29,385 nucleotides of DNA, taken from NCBI GenBank assembly GCA_964456315.1, contig CAYWBD010000307.1, positions 1 through 29,385 of the forward strand, read 5' to 3'. The translations under genes were made by a program, and so were the position numbers. The stretch is from an uncultured Thermoflexus sp. (lineage in GTDB: Bacteria; Chloroflexota; Dehalococcoidia; Lucifugimonadales; Lucifugimonadaceae). Below the pieces are notes generated by a model, which was given only the letters and a program-made list of their open reading frames with translations, was not told the origin of the DNA and made no database searches. Shown piece by piece: positions 1 through 8,411 of the stretch (the stretch's first letter is position 1; each line of letters begins with the position of its first letter).

Positions 1-366
1 GCCCGCGAACTGGGGTACAAGAACGTAGAACGTCAGGTCTTCCAGAGCTACCGCCACAAAGCGGCGGTCATCCGCCTGTTTGTGCACCTCGCCCTGTGCC
101 GACCCCGGGTCTTGGGCGCGCTGGCGCGCTTCTCCCGCGGCGTGTCCGGCGCTCTCAGCTTCCTCCGCCTGGACAGATTGGCCGACCTGGGCTACAGCCT
201 CATTTACAACCTTTACCACTGGCAAGGGGTTGCCGACCACATGGGAGGACGCGAAGCGTTTTTCGCCGAGGTGGGACAGACTGTGGTGGACACACAGCCA
301 GTTCAGCGTGGGACACCTTCAGCCAACACCGGCAGCGTGGCTGGCGGGGAGTCTCAGGGCCATTAG
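1..366 (+). CDS. 5'-truncated CDS (C-terminal ~121 aa), product unknown; possibly a glycosyltransferase given the downstream sugar cluster
   Basis: Frame 1 is open from base 1 (ARELGYKNVERQVFQSYRH...) to TAG at 364-366 with GC-rich third positions. No diagnostic motif is visible. Confidence 0.55.
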   Translation, partial: ARELGYKNVERQVFQSYRHKAAVIRLFVHLALCRPRVLGALARFSRGVSGALSFLRLDRLADLGYSLIYNLYHWQGVADHMGGREAFFAEVGQTVVDTQPVQRGTPSANTGSVAGGESQGH

Positions 367-723
367 CCCGGGGGCGTGAACTGATCTGGAAAGAGCATGA
401 GAATGCCTGATTACGCACAGCGCCCGACGGGATTGGGCAGGCCGGGGCTGATTGCAGTCTGCGCTGGTCTCGGCGTTCCGACCGCGCTGTTCGGGAGGCT
501 CGCAGCCCCGTTGGATCGATCTCGAGTGACCCCTTTGGAGCATTACAGCGACAGCCTCACGTATAGCCTCAGGAATTGGCGGTGTGGCGGGCCAATTGGG
601 CGGGCTCGAGTCGCTGCTGGGAAGGCCAGCAGTTACCCACCCGGCGACCGTGTCAAAAGTAATCAGCCCGCACCGGCCGCGGCCATCCGGACAATGTATG
701 ACCAACTCAGGGAGCACGCACAG

Positions 724-2325
724 ATGACCCAGCGGAAGCTGAACCTTACGAAGAAACTGGCGGCCACAGCCGTGGTCGCAGCGCGCACTGCGCCCGGCGC
801 GCCCGTCCACCGGCCCGCCCGCGCTGTCGCCCGCAGGCTCACCGCAGTACGCGGGGCGGGGATCGCGGCAAACGGGAACGGGCTGCACGGCACAACGCCT
901 TTCCCCAAGTCCCGCAGGGCCCCCAGCGAGAAGACCGGGGGCCCCGGTCCGACCAGCTCCCCTGACACCCTCTCGAAAAAGATCTACGTGATCGGCGCAG
1001 GCTACGTCGGCCTTGTCACAGGCGCGTGCTTCGCGGAGCTCGGCCACAGGGTCACGTGCGTCGACATCAACAAGGACCGCGTCGCGGCGCTGAACCGCGC
1101 GGAGATCCCGATCTTCGAGCCAGAGCTCGAGCCCCTGGTGCGCAAGCACGTCGACTCCGGCCGCCTGCGGTTCACCACGTCGCTGGAGGGACTCGACGGT
1201 GGCACAGACTTCGTCTTCATGTGCGTGGGCACCCCGGCCGGCTCCGACGAAAAGGTGGACCTGCGGTACCTCCGCGCCGCGTACACGGAAGTGGGACGCC
1301 AACTTAGGGGGGCACGCACGGTCATCGTCAATAAGAGCAGTGTGCCGCCGGGCACGACCGAGGCCATGGCCTCTATCCTGACTGACGCGCTCAAGGGCCG
1401 CGCCCATGCCCGCGTCGTGGCGAACCCCGAGTTCCTCCGTGAGGGCCACGCGGTCAAAGACTTCATGAAGCCCAACCGGGTGGTCGTCGGCTCGTCTGAC
1501 CGCGAAGCGGCCGAGGCGGTGGCTGACCTTTACATGACGTTCAACTGCCCGGTGCTCTTCACCACCTCAAAGACTGCCGAGATGATCAAGTTCGCAAGCA
1601 ACGCCTTCCTCGCGACCAAGCTGACGTTCGTCAATGAGATCGCAGCGTACTGCGAGCTGGACGGCATCGACGTCACCGACGTTGCCCGGGGCATCGGCCT
1701 GGACCCGCGCATCGGCCGGGACTACCTCAAGGCCGGGCTAGGGTACGGGGGCAGCTGCTTGCCGAAGGACACTGCCATCCTTCGCAGCGAGTTCAGGGCC
1801 CGCGGCGTCGAACCAAAACTCCTGGGGGCGGTCATGGACACCAACACCGCCGTCCCGGCGCGCGTCGTCGACCGCCTTGAAGCCTCGCTGGGCAGCCTGC
1901 GGGGCGTCCAGGTCGGGGTGCTCGGCCTGGCATTCAAGTCCAACACGGACGACACGCGCCACTCACCGGCCATTACGGTCATACGTGAGCTCCTGGCGCG
2001 CGGCGCGAATGTGCGCTACTTCGACCCCAAGGCCCGTCACGGCGCGGACACCTTCCAGCGGGCGGTGGGCGTCGCGACAAGCGTCGAGGACGCCGCCAAG
2101 GGCGCCGACGTGCTGCTCATAGCCACAGACTGGCCTGAGTTCAAGACCATTGACCTGCCACGCCTGAAAGCGGTGATGCGCGGGGATGTGCTGGTCGACG
2201 GACGGAACCTGCTCTTGCAGGCGGCCTGCGTCGAGGCCGGGTTCAAGTACATCGGGGTAGGCCGAGGGCAGCAGGACGCGGCTGCGGCGCCTTCCCGCCG
2301 GCGCGCCGCCGCGGTGAGGGCCTGA
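724..2325 (+). CDS. ugd: UDP-glucose/GDP-mannose 6-dehydrogenase family protein with an Ala/Arg/Pro-rich N-terminal extension
   Basis: Rossmann motif IYVIGAGYVG, then ANPEFLREG, KFASNAFLATK, catalytic GYGGSCLPKD and GLAFKSNTDDTR. Start placed at ATG 724 (GGAG at 711-714) rather than the track's 397; start is uncertain. Confidence 0.9.
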   Translation: MTQRKLNLTKKLAATAVVAARTAPGAPVHRPARAVARRLTAVRGAGIAANGNGLHGTTPFPKSRRAPSEKTGGPGPTSSPDTLSKKIYVIGAGYVGLVTGACFAELGHRVTCVDINKDRVAALNRAEIPIFEPELEPLVRKHVDSGRLRFTTSLEGLDGGTDFVFMCVGTPAGSDEKVDLRYLRAAYTEVGRQLRGARTVIVNKSSVPPGTTEAMASILTDALKGRAHARVVANPEFLREGHAVKDFMKPNRVVVGSSDREAAEAVADLYMTFNCPVLFTTSKTAEMIKFASNAFLATKLTFVNEIAAYCELDGIDVTDVARGIGLDPRIGRDYLKAGLGYGGSCLPKDTAILRSEFRARGVEPKLLGAVMDTNTAVPARVVDRLEASLGSLRGVQVGVLGLAFKSNTDDTRHSPAITVIRELLARGANVRYFDPKARHGADTFQRAVGVATSVEDAAKGADVLLIATDWPEFKTIDLPRLKAVMRGDVLVDGRNLLLQAACVEAGFKYIGVGRGQQDAAAAPSRRRAAAVRA

Positions 2326-2327
2326 AC

Positions 2328-3362
2328 GTGGTAGCAGTCGCAGTCGTCGGCCTCGGGTATTGGGGCCCGAACCTTGTCCGCAACTTCCGCAACGTCCCCG
2401 ACGCTCAGATGGCCGTGTGTTGTGACATGGACGCGGCCCGGCTCGACGGTATCAAGACGACTTACCCGGACATGCGTACCGTGACGCGCTTTGAAGACGT
2501 GCTCGCGGACCACACAATAGGCGCGGTCGCAATCGCCACCCCGGCGCGCTCGCACTACAAGATGGTGAAAGAGGCGCTCGTCCACGGGAAGCACGTACTG
2601 GTCGAAAAGCCGCTCGCCATGAGCTCGGCGGAGTGCGAAGAGCTGACCGCTCTGGCCTCCGCCAGGCGGCTGACGCTGATGGTGGGGCACACGTTCTTGT
2701 ACTCCCCGGCTGTCGCGGAACTCAAACGGGTCTTGGACAGCGGCGAGTTGGGCGAACTGCGCTACCTCTACTCGCAGCGCCTGAACCTGGGGCGCGTACA
2801 GACTGACATCAACGCGCTGTGGAGCCTGGCCCCCCACGATGTCTCGATCGTCCTGCACCTCCTTGGCCGGATGCCTGAGGAGGTATCGGCCACCGGCGGG
2901 TGCTACCTGACCCCCGGCGTGCACGATGTCGCCTTCATGAACATGCGCTTCGACAACCAGGTCATGGCCAACGTACACGTCAGCTGGCTCGACTCACATC
3001 GGACGCGGTCCTTCACGCTGGTCGGGTCACACAAGATGGCGGAGTATGACAGCAGCGCGGGCAAGGACGTCGTCCGCGTGCACGATAAGCGAGCGGTGCC
3101 ACCGGCGAGCGGCCGCGGCCCGTTTGAGCTGGTGTCGGGCGCTACCGCTCTCCCCCAGATGCCACCCGGCGAGCCGCTAACCAACGAGTGCCGCCACTTT
3201 ATCGAGTGCATCACCACCGGCCGTACGCCAGTCAGCGATGGCGTTAACGGGCTCCACGTTGTCCGCGTGCTGGAAGCCGCCCAGAAATCTCTCGAAAGCC
3301 GCGGCGAGCCCGTGCGGGTGCAGTCTGGCCGCCTTTCAGCTGCGTCACCAGCCGCCGGCTAG
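2328..3362 (+). CDS. Gfo/Idh/MocA family NAD-dependent oxidoreductase (WbpB-like sugar 3-dehydrogenase)
   Basis: VAVVGLGYWG, IATPARSH and KHVLVEKP motifs. GTG start lies 2 nt after the ugd stop. Confidence 0.9.
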   Translation: MVAVAVVGLGYWGPNLVRNFRNVPDAQMAVCCDMDAARLDGIKTTYPDMRTVTRFEDVLADHTIGAVAIATPARSHYKMVKEALVHGKHVLVEKPLAMSSAECEELTALASARRLTLMVGHTFLYSPAVAELKRVLDSGELGELRYLYSQRLNLGRVQTDINALWSLAPHDVSIVLHLLGRMPEEVSATGGCYLTPGVHDVAFMNMRFDNQVMANVHVSWLDSHRTRSFTLVGSHKMAEYDSSAGKDVVRVHDKRAVPPASGRGPFELVSGATALPQMPPGEPLTNECRHFIECITTGRTPVSDGVNGLHVVRVLEAAQKSLESRGEPVRVQSGRLSAASPAAG

Positions 3363-3462
3363 GCCGCTGCGGGGGCCTCACACAGACGTTTCAGACGCGA
3401 CCAGTCCCTAGCCGTAGCGCCCGGCCTGCCGCCGTCCAGCGCAAACGCACCGGAGGTGCCCC

Positions 3463-4581
3463 ATGAAAGTCCCATTCGTTGACCTAAAAGCCCAGTACGC
3501 CACCATCCACGCTGAGATCGATGCCGCCATCAAGCGTGTCATCGACCGGACGAGCTTCATCGGCGGCGAGGAGGTCGCGGCGTTCGACCAGGAGTTCGCG
3601 GCGTACTGCGAAGCGCGCGCCGCCGTGGGAGTCTCGAACGGGACCGAGGCCCTGCGCCTGGCTCTTATGGCCTGCGACATCGGCCCCGGCGATGAGGTGA
3701 TCACCACCCCGTTCACGTTCATCGCCACGTCCGAGGCCATCGTGCAGGTGGGCGCCACGCCGGTCTTCGTGGACATCGACCCCAAGACCCGCAACATCGA
3801 CGCCAGCCTGATCGCGGGGGCCATTACACCGCGCACCCGCGCTGTCATCCCCGTGCACCTGTACGGCTACCCGGCCGAGATGGACGCCATCTGCCGCATC
3901 GCCCGCCAGCACGGCCTCAAGGTGATCGAGGACGCCGCCCAGGCCCACGGCGCCCGTTTCAAGGGCACGCGCGTCGGTAACTTCGGCGATGCCACTTGCT
4001 TCAGCTTCTACCCTGGCAAGAACCTCGGCGCATACGGGGACGCCGGCGCTGTGGTGACCAACGACGAAGCGCTGGCGACGCGCATCCGCCTGTTGCGTGA
4101 CCACGGGCGGCTGGAAAAGTACGAGCACCAGATAATCGGCTACAACTCCCGTCTGGACGGCATCCAGGCCGCCATACTGCGCGTGAAGCTGCAGCGCCTG
4201 GACCAGTGGAACGCGGCCCGCCGCCAGCACAACCACGTCTACCGGGAGCTGTTGCAGGACCTGCCCGTTGTGCTGCCGTTCGAGCAGGCCAACGTTGAGC
4301 CGGTGTACCACCTGTTCGTGGTCAGCTCGCCAGCCCGCGACAAGATCAGGGCGGCACTGGAGAAGGACGGGGTCTCGACGGGTGTGCACTACCCGCTGCC
4401 CCTGCACCTCCAGCCTGCCCTAAAACACCTCGGCTACGGCCAGGGCGACTTCCCGGAGAGCGAACGCGCAGCGAAGGAAGTGCTGTCCCTGCCGATGTTC
4501 CCGGAGATGACCGAGGCGCAGTCGCACGCCGTCGCCTACGCGCTCAAGAAGGCGACAGCGGCGGCGACCGCCGCCCGGTAG
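3463..4581 (+). CDS. DegT/DnrJ/EryC1/StrS PLP-dependent sugar aminotransferase (WbpE-like)
   Basis: [33 protein letters not shown] and [16 protein letters not shown] (PLP lysine). GGAGG Shine-Dalgarno upstream. Confidence 0.93.
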   Translation: MKVPFVDLKAQYATIHAEIDAAIKRVIDRTSFIGGEEVAAFDQEFAAYCEARAAVGVSNGTEALRLALMACDIGPGDEVITTPFTFIATSEAIVQVGATPVFVDIDPKTRNIDASLIAGAITPRTRAVIPVHLYGYPAEMDAICRIARQHGLKVIEDAAQAHGARFKGTRVGNFGDATCFSFYPGKNLGAYGDAGAVVTNDEALATRIRLLRDHGRLEKYEHQIIGYNSRLDGIQAAILRVKLQRLDQWNAARRQHNHVYRELLQDLPVVLPFEQANVEPVYHLFVVSSPARDKIRAALEKDGVSTGVHYPLPLHLQPALKHLGYGQGDFPESERAAKEVLSLPMFPEMTEAQSHAVAYALKKATAAATAAR

Positions 4582-4599
4582 CTGGCGCCGCTCGACGAG

Positions 4600-4800
4600 C
4601 CGGCTCGGCTCGGGCCTGTCGAAGGGCGAACGGCCGACGCGCCGTGCCTTACCGATGACCCGGTCGCCTCGGCTGGCCTGTCCTGAGCCGAGCCGAAGGC
4701 CTGAACCCGGCCGAGGGACCGAGTGGCCAGGTCGGCATCCCCGCGACAACGGGAATCCAGGCCTCACCATGACCCTCTCCCGGCTGGAGATAGGCGAGGT
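4600..4800. repeat. Intergenic mosaic of short palindromic REP-like elements
   Basis: Contains variants of three repeat families seen elsewhere in the window: gggcctgtcgaaggg / gtcctgagccgagccgaagg, atccccgcgacaacgggaatcc (dRS3-like) and ccctctccc. Confidence 0.6.
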
Positions 4801-4876
4801 CGCCAGCTCAGTGCGTTACCCTTGATCTCCGGAGCCGCGGCAGGCCTGCGGCCCTCGGGAGATTCAGGAGCAATGC

Positions 4877-5032
4877 ATGCGCACAAAGGCGGTCGTCCTT
4901 TACAAGCAGAAGCAGCCGCCCGTCGTGGAGGAGAACGACCTCGTGACCCGCGTGCGCCCGCTGGACGAGGTCAACGCGGCCTTCGCAGACATGGCGGCTG
5001 GCAACGTCGCACGCACGGTCCTGGTCCCGTGA
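4877..5032 (+). pseudogene. Internally deleted Zn-dependent alcohol dehydrogenase remnant (51-aa ORF joining the N- and C-terminal ends)
   Basis: MRTKAVVLYKQKQPPVVEE resembles the first strand of MDR/Zn-ADH enzymes, and NDLVTRVRPLDEVNAAFADMAAGNVARTVLVP resembles their last ~30 residues. CAGGAG SD at 4865-4870. Not in the ORF track (<60 aa). Confidence 0.75.
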
Positions 5033-5075
5033 CGGCCTCGGGCCGGCCCAGCCGGTTGACGCGGCGCGCTCGTAG

Positions 5076-5591
5076 ATGAACCTGCGCGGTCACGTCTTGC
5101 TCTCCGGCGCGGCAGGCGCTGCCGTGTGGGCGGTCACGGGCGAGGTCAACGCGCTCCCGGCCGCGCTCGCCGCCGGCGTCCTGCCAGACCTCGACCACCT
5201 GCCCGACTATTACCTGCGCTACGTGCGCCGCAACTGGAAGTACCTGTTCCTGCTGCTGCATGGCTGGGAATACGCAGTCGTGGCCGTCGTTGTGTACGCC
5301 GCCTGGGTACGAGAGCCCTGGATGCTCGCCGTGGCGCTCGGCTACCTGACACAGATCGGCGCAGACCAGGTGGTCAACCGCCCGAAATGGCACACCTACC
5401 TCTTCACCGCACGCGCTTTTCACGGCTTCAGAGCGCAGGAGTCACTGGGGAGGGTTGACTACGACTCTTACATGTCGGTCGTGAAGTCCGTGCCGTTCGG
5501 GCGCGCCCGCCTCATCAGATGGTTTGAGAGCCGCCTGCCGCCGCATGAGCACATGCCGAGACGACGACGGGGGCCGGGGGATGCACGCTGA
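5076..5591 (+). CDS. Membrane-bound metal-dependent hydrolase (YdjM/DUF457-like)
   Basis: N-terminal His (GHVLLS), LPDLDH and LLHGW motifs with hydrophobic helices. Confidence 0.7.
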   Translation: MNLRGHVLLSGAAGAAVWAVTGEVNALPAALAAGVLPDLDHLPDYYLRYVRRNWKYLFLLLHGWEYAVVAVVVYAAWVREPWMLAVALGYLTQIGADQVVNRPKWHTYLFTARAFHGFRAQESLGRVDYDSYMSVVKSVPFGRARLIRWFESRLPPHEHMPRRRRGPGDAR

Positions 5592-5617
5592 GGCGAAAGT
5601 GGATTTCGGGACTGGTT

Positions 5618-6478
5618 CTAGACCCAGATGGCGACGGGCTGGCGGGTCCGGGCGGCGAATGCCAGGGCCAGGGCGTCGGCCTTGTCGGGGCTGGGCTGGC
5701 CGCGTGCGCGGAGCGAGTCCTTTGACTCGATCAGTATCTGGCCTGAGCCTGTGAAGCCGTAGCGGACTGTCGATAGCTGTGAGATGAGCTCGGGGTCGTT
5801 GGGGACTTTGATGCGGTGGTTCTCAAAGCGCCAGCGCAGGGCATCGTAGAGCTCGGCGCGCAAGTTGGCGTACTGCTCGCGGTCTGAGGGCCTCGCTGCA
5901 GCGTTGACGCCGGTAATAGCCGGGCCTGCAGCCCTCGGGCCAGGCAGGACGACACGGTGAGGCGCCGCGTCACTTTTCTGGAGTTCGCGGAGCCGGTCTA
6001 CGACGCCTGCGCCGATGCCGGTCTCGTCGATGAACACGGCCGCGGGCTGGTAGGTGCGGATGGCGTTGACGACGCGCCCTGCCGTGGCCATCGTGTCGTC
6101 GCCCCAGTAGGAGGCGATGAAGATGACGCGCTCGTCTTCTCGAACGCATATCGCGGTGCGGTCTGCCCCGAATCGCGCGACGTCGACACCCATGGCCACC
6201 AGGGGTCTCACACGGGGCTGTTCCCGGACGGGCTGTGGCGGGTAGCGAAATGAGGCGTGGCGCCCCAGCCCTGGCTCGGGATACATATGGGAGCGCGATT
6301 CGCTGCCGACGGGCGCGCGGAAGAAGCCCGAAAGGAGGGCGACCCAATCGTCGGCCGAGATCAGTCTCGCCCCCTCACCCTCAGCCTGGGAGGGTGAGGG
6401 GGCGGTGCCGCGGGTGTCACTTGCCGTGGCTGTCACGGGCAGGAATGTGTCGAACGGGTTGCCTGGCTGCGCTGTCAC
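5618..6478 (-). CDS. Phage terminase large subunit, C-terminal RNase H-like nuclease part, with a repeat-derived N-terminal segment
   Basis: GVDVARFGADRT, FIDETGIGAGVVDRL, YANLRAELY and GQPSPDKADALALAF. GTG start overlaps the upstream TGA by 4 nt (GTGA). Confidence 0.85.
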   Translation of the reverse strand: MTAQPGNPFDTFLPVTATASDTRGTAPSPSQAEGEGARLISADDWVALLSGFFRAPVGSESRSHMYPEPGLGRHASFRYPPQPVREQPRVRPLVAMGVDVARFGADRTAICVREDERVIFIASYWGDDTMATAGRVVNAIRTYQPAAVFIDETGIGAGVVDRLRELQKSDAAPHRVVLPGPRAAGPAITGVNAAARPSDREQYANLRAELYDALRWRFENHRIKVPNDPELISQLSTVRYGFTGSGQILIESKDSLRARGQPSPDKADALALAFAARTRQPVAIWV

Positions 6479-7758
6479 ACCGCCGCTCCTTCGAGAGCTT
6501 CATGTCCTTCGAGAGCCTCAGGACGCCGTCCTTCGAGAGCCTCAGGACGCGGTTCTGTTGCTTGTGACACGCGTTCCACCGCGCCGGGGGGGCTGTCGGA
6601 GCCGTCTTGCTGCCGGGCGCGGCCTGTGGCAGAGAGGGCCGGGTCGATTGCCTCCTCGATGCGGGTGAGAGGGATGAGCGTGTCTTCGCTCTGCGAGGGG
6701 AACTCGCCGAGCACTCGGACCTGGTAGCGGGGGTGGTCCTTGCCCCAGTTGGCCGCGGCCTCGGCGACCCATTGCTGGGTAATCAGGCCGGGGACCGCGG
6801 AGTCTGCGTCCTGAGGCTCGCCTGCAACCTCATCATCGCTCGTCCCGAGCGTAGTCGAGGGACCCCGTTCAGCGGCCACCGAAAGCGGAGGGGTACGGGG
6901 CCCTTCGACAGGCTCAGGGCGAGCGGTTGCGAGGCTCAGGGCTTGGGGTCCCTCGCCCCCGTCCACCTCTGCTGTGAGCGGGGATTGCTGACCCCTCACC
7001 CCAACCCTCTCCCGCAAGGGGAGAGGGAGTGAAGGAAGGCGCAGGTTCGGCGTATCAAACGCGGAGATGTGTATGGTGCGCCACAGGCCGCGGCGGGAAT
7101 GGAAGGCGTCGTAGAACGTCCCTTCGCGGCGTGTGGGGTTGCCGATCAGCAGCAGCCTCGCCCTGCCCGTGGTCATCGAGCCTTCGATGGCCTCGTAGAT
7201 CTCCTCGGGGACGCCGGATGCCTCGTCCACGACGAACAGGATGTTGGCGTGGTGGAAGCCCTGGAAGCGCTCCGGGGAGTCCGACGTGAAGCCGCGGGCA
7301 AATCGGGACGGCGAGATGTCGAGCGCGGTCTGGTGGCAGTCGCCGCCGATGAAGGCGGCGTTCCTGGTGTGGATGCGCCTGATCTCGCGCCAGAGGAGCT
7401 CTTTGACCTGGCGTTCTGTGGGCGCGGTGGTGACCGCGATGGCCTCCGTGAAAGACGAGAGCCACCAGACGACGGCGCAAGCGGCGGTATAGGTCTTGCC
7501 TGAGCCGTTACAGGAGCGCACGGCGACGCGGCGGTGGTCCCTTACCGCCTTCAGGATGTCCGCCTGCTTCCTCCACAGCGGACACCCCAGCTCCCCCTCC
7601 ACAAACCCGACCGGGTTCTCGAACCACGCTGCCAGCGCCACCCCCGCCGACGGCCCCTCTCCGTCCCTGCGCCGGGCCGCCGGCGCCGTCCCTGTCCACG
7701 GCCCCTCCCCCTCCCGGCGCCTGTCCGCCCGCTCTCGTGTCGCAACACTCACAACCAC
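6475..7758 (-). CDS. Phage terminase large subunit, N-terminal ATPase part, with an ~81-aa in-frame repeat-derived insert
   Basis: Adenine-binding region LWRKQ, Walker A RSCNGSGKT, TAPTERQ, Walker B FVVDEA, coupling motif LLIGNP and YQVRVLGEF. Confidence 0.85.
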   Translation of the reverse strand: MVVSVATRERADRRREGEGPWTGTAPAARRRDGEGPSAGVALAAWFENPVGFVEGELGCPLWRKQADILKAVRDHRRVAVRSCNGSGKTYTAACAVVWWLSSFTEAIAVTTAPTERQVKELLWREIRRIHTRNAAFIGGDCHQTALDISPSRFARGFTSDSPERFQGFHHANILFVVDEASGVPEEIYEAIEGSMTTGRARLLLIGNPTRREGTFYDAFHSRRGLWRTIHISAFDTPNLRLPSLPLPLRERVGVRGQQSPLTAEVDGGEGPQALSLATARPEPVEGPRTPPLSVAAERGPSTTLGTSDDEVAGEPQDADSAVPGLITQQWVAEAAANWGKDHPRYQVRVLGEFPSQSEDTLIPLTRIEEAIDPALSATGRARQQDGSDSPPGAVERVSQATEPRPEALEGRRPEALEGHEALEGAAV

Positions 7759-7827
7759 ACCCCCAACGCCTTGAGCAAGAGGTCATCCTAGTGTCCTGCC
7801 ACCGAAGTGAAGCGCCAATCCGGTCAT

Positions 7828-7936
7828 CCCCTCTCCCCTTGAGGGAGAGGGTCAGGGTGAGGGAGAAGCCCTATCTCCCCCCTCTCCCAACAGGAGAGGG
7901 TCCGAGCCTGCCCCGGCGAAATCCGGGGCCTGAGGG
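7828..7936. repeat. Family A palindromic repeats (CCCTCTCCC-loop-GGGAGAGGG with GGGTGAGGG) plus a CCTGCCCCGGCGAAA(T/G)CCGGGG element
   Basis: Hairpins at 7828-7863 and 7881-7900. The second element recurs at ~11240-11265. Confidence 0.8.
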
Positions 7937-7946
7937 CGAAGCAACC

Positions 7947-8141
7947 GATGCCGTCATTCCTGCGAAAGCGGGAATCCAGCGCCACCCTGTTGCAGACCGC
8001 CCCGTCATTCCTGCGAAAGCAGGAATCCAGCGCCACCCTGTTGCAGACCAATGCCGTCATTCCTGCGAAAGCAGGAATCCAGCGCCACCCTGTTGCAGAC
8101 CGATGCCGTCATTCCTGCGAAAGCGGGAATCCAGCGCCACC
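7947..8141 (+). repeat. Tandem array of 3.8 x ~52-bp units containing a CGTC-tagged, dRS3-like palindrome
   Basis: Units start at 7947, 7999, 8050 and 8102 (partial). Core CGTCATTCCTGCGAAAGC(A/G)GGAATCCAG has the ATTCCY-N8-RGGAAT layout. Inter-core sequence is the same in each unit. Confidence 0.9.
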
Positions 8142-8317
8142 TGCTCCAATCCCCAACTTCCGCCACAACCCCCTCCCCCGTCAACCGCCTCCTGTCACAC
8201 ATCGCCGCCAGCATCACCCAAGCAGTCAGCTGTCCGACACCATTGTTCTTCCGTCCGCGTCGGTACACAAGACGCAGCCGTTGTAGCTACTGTTTCCCAG
8301 CGGTTCCGCGGAAACCT

Positions 8318-8368
8318 TGTATGCCGAAGTGCCACGGATGCTTCGCATCCGTGGCACTTCGGCATACA
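8318..8368. other. Perfect 24-bp inverted repeat with a 3-nt loop at the left edge of the low-GC island
   Basis: tgtatgccgaagtgccacggatgc-TTC-gcatccgtggcacttcggcataca. No clear U-tract follows on either strand. Confidence 0.85.
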
Positions 8369-8411
8369 CTAGCCGTACGTTCCGCCCTGAACGACGGTTG
8401 GAGGATCAGCC

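Noticed and set aside
397-723. Track start for the 642-aa Ugd (also upstream extensions of cheX, D-aminoacylase, GDPD, amidohydrolase and CoA-transferases)
   Set aside because: The extensions run through intergenic or repeat DNA; downstream starts fit the family N-termini and SD positions better.
7947-8141. Possible CRISPR array
   Set aside because: The sequence between palindromic cores is the same in every unit (no unique spacers), and no cas genes are present.
8300-8390. Integron attC site around the 24-bp hairpin
   Set aside because: No proper RYYYAAC/GTTRRRY pair with attC spacing, no extrahelical bases in the stem, and no integrase.
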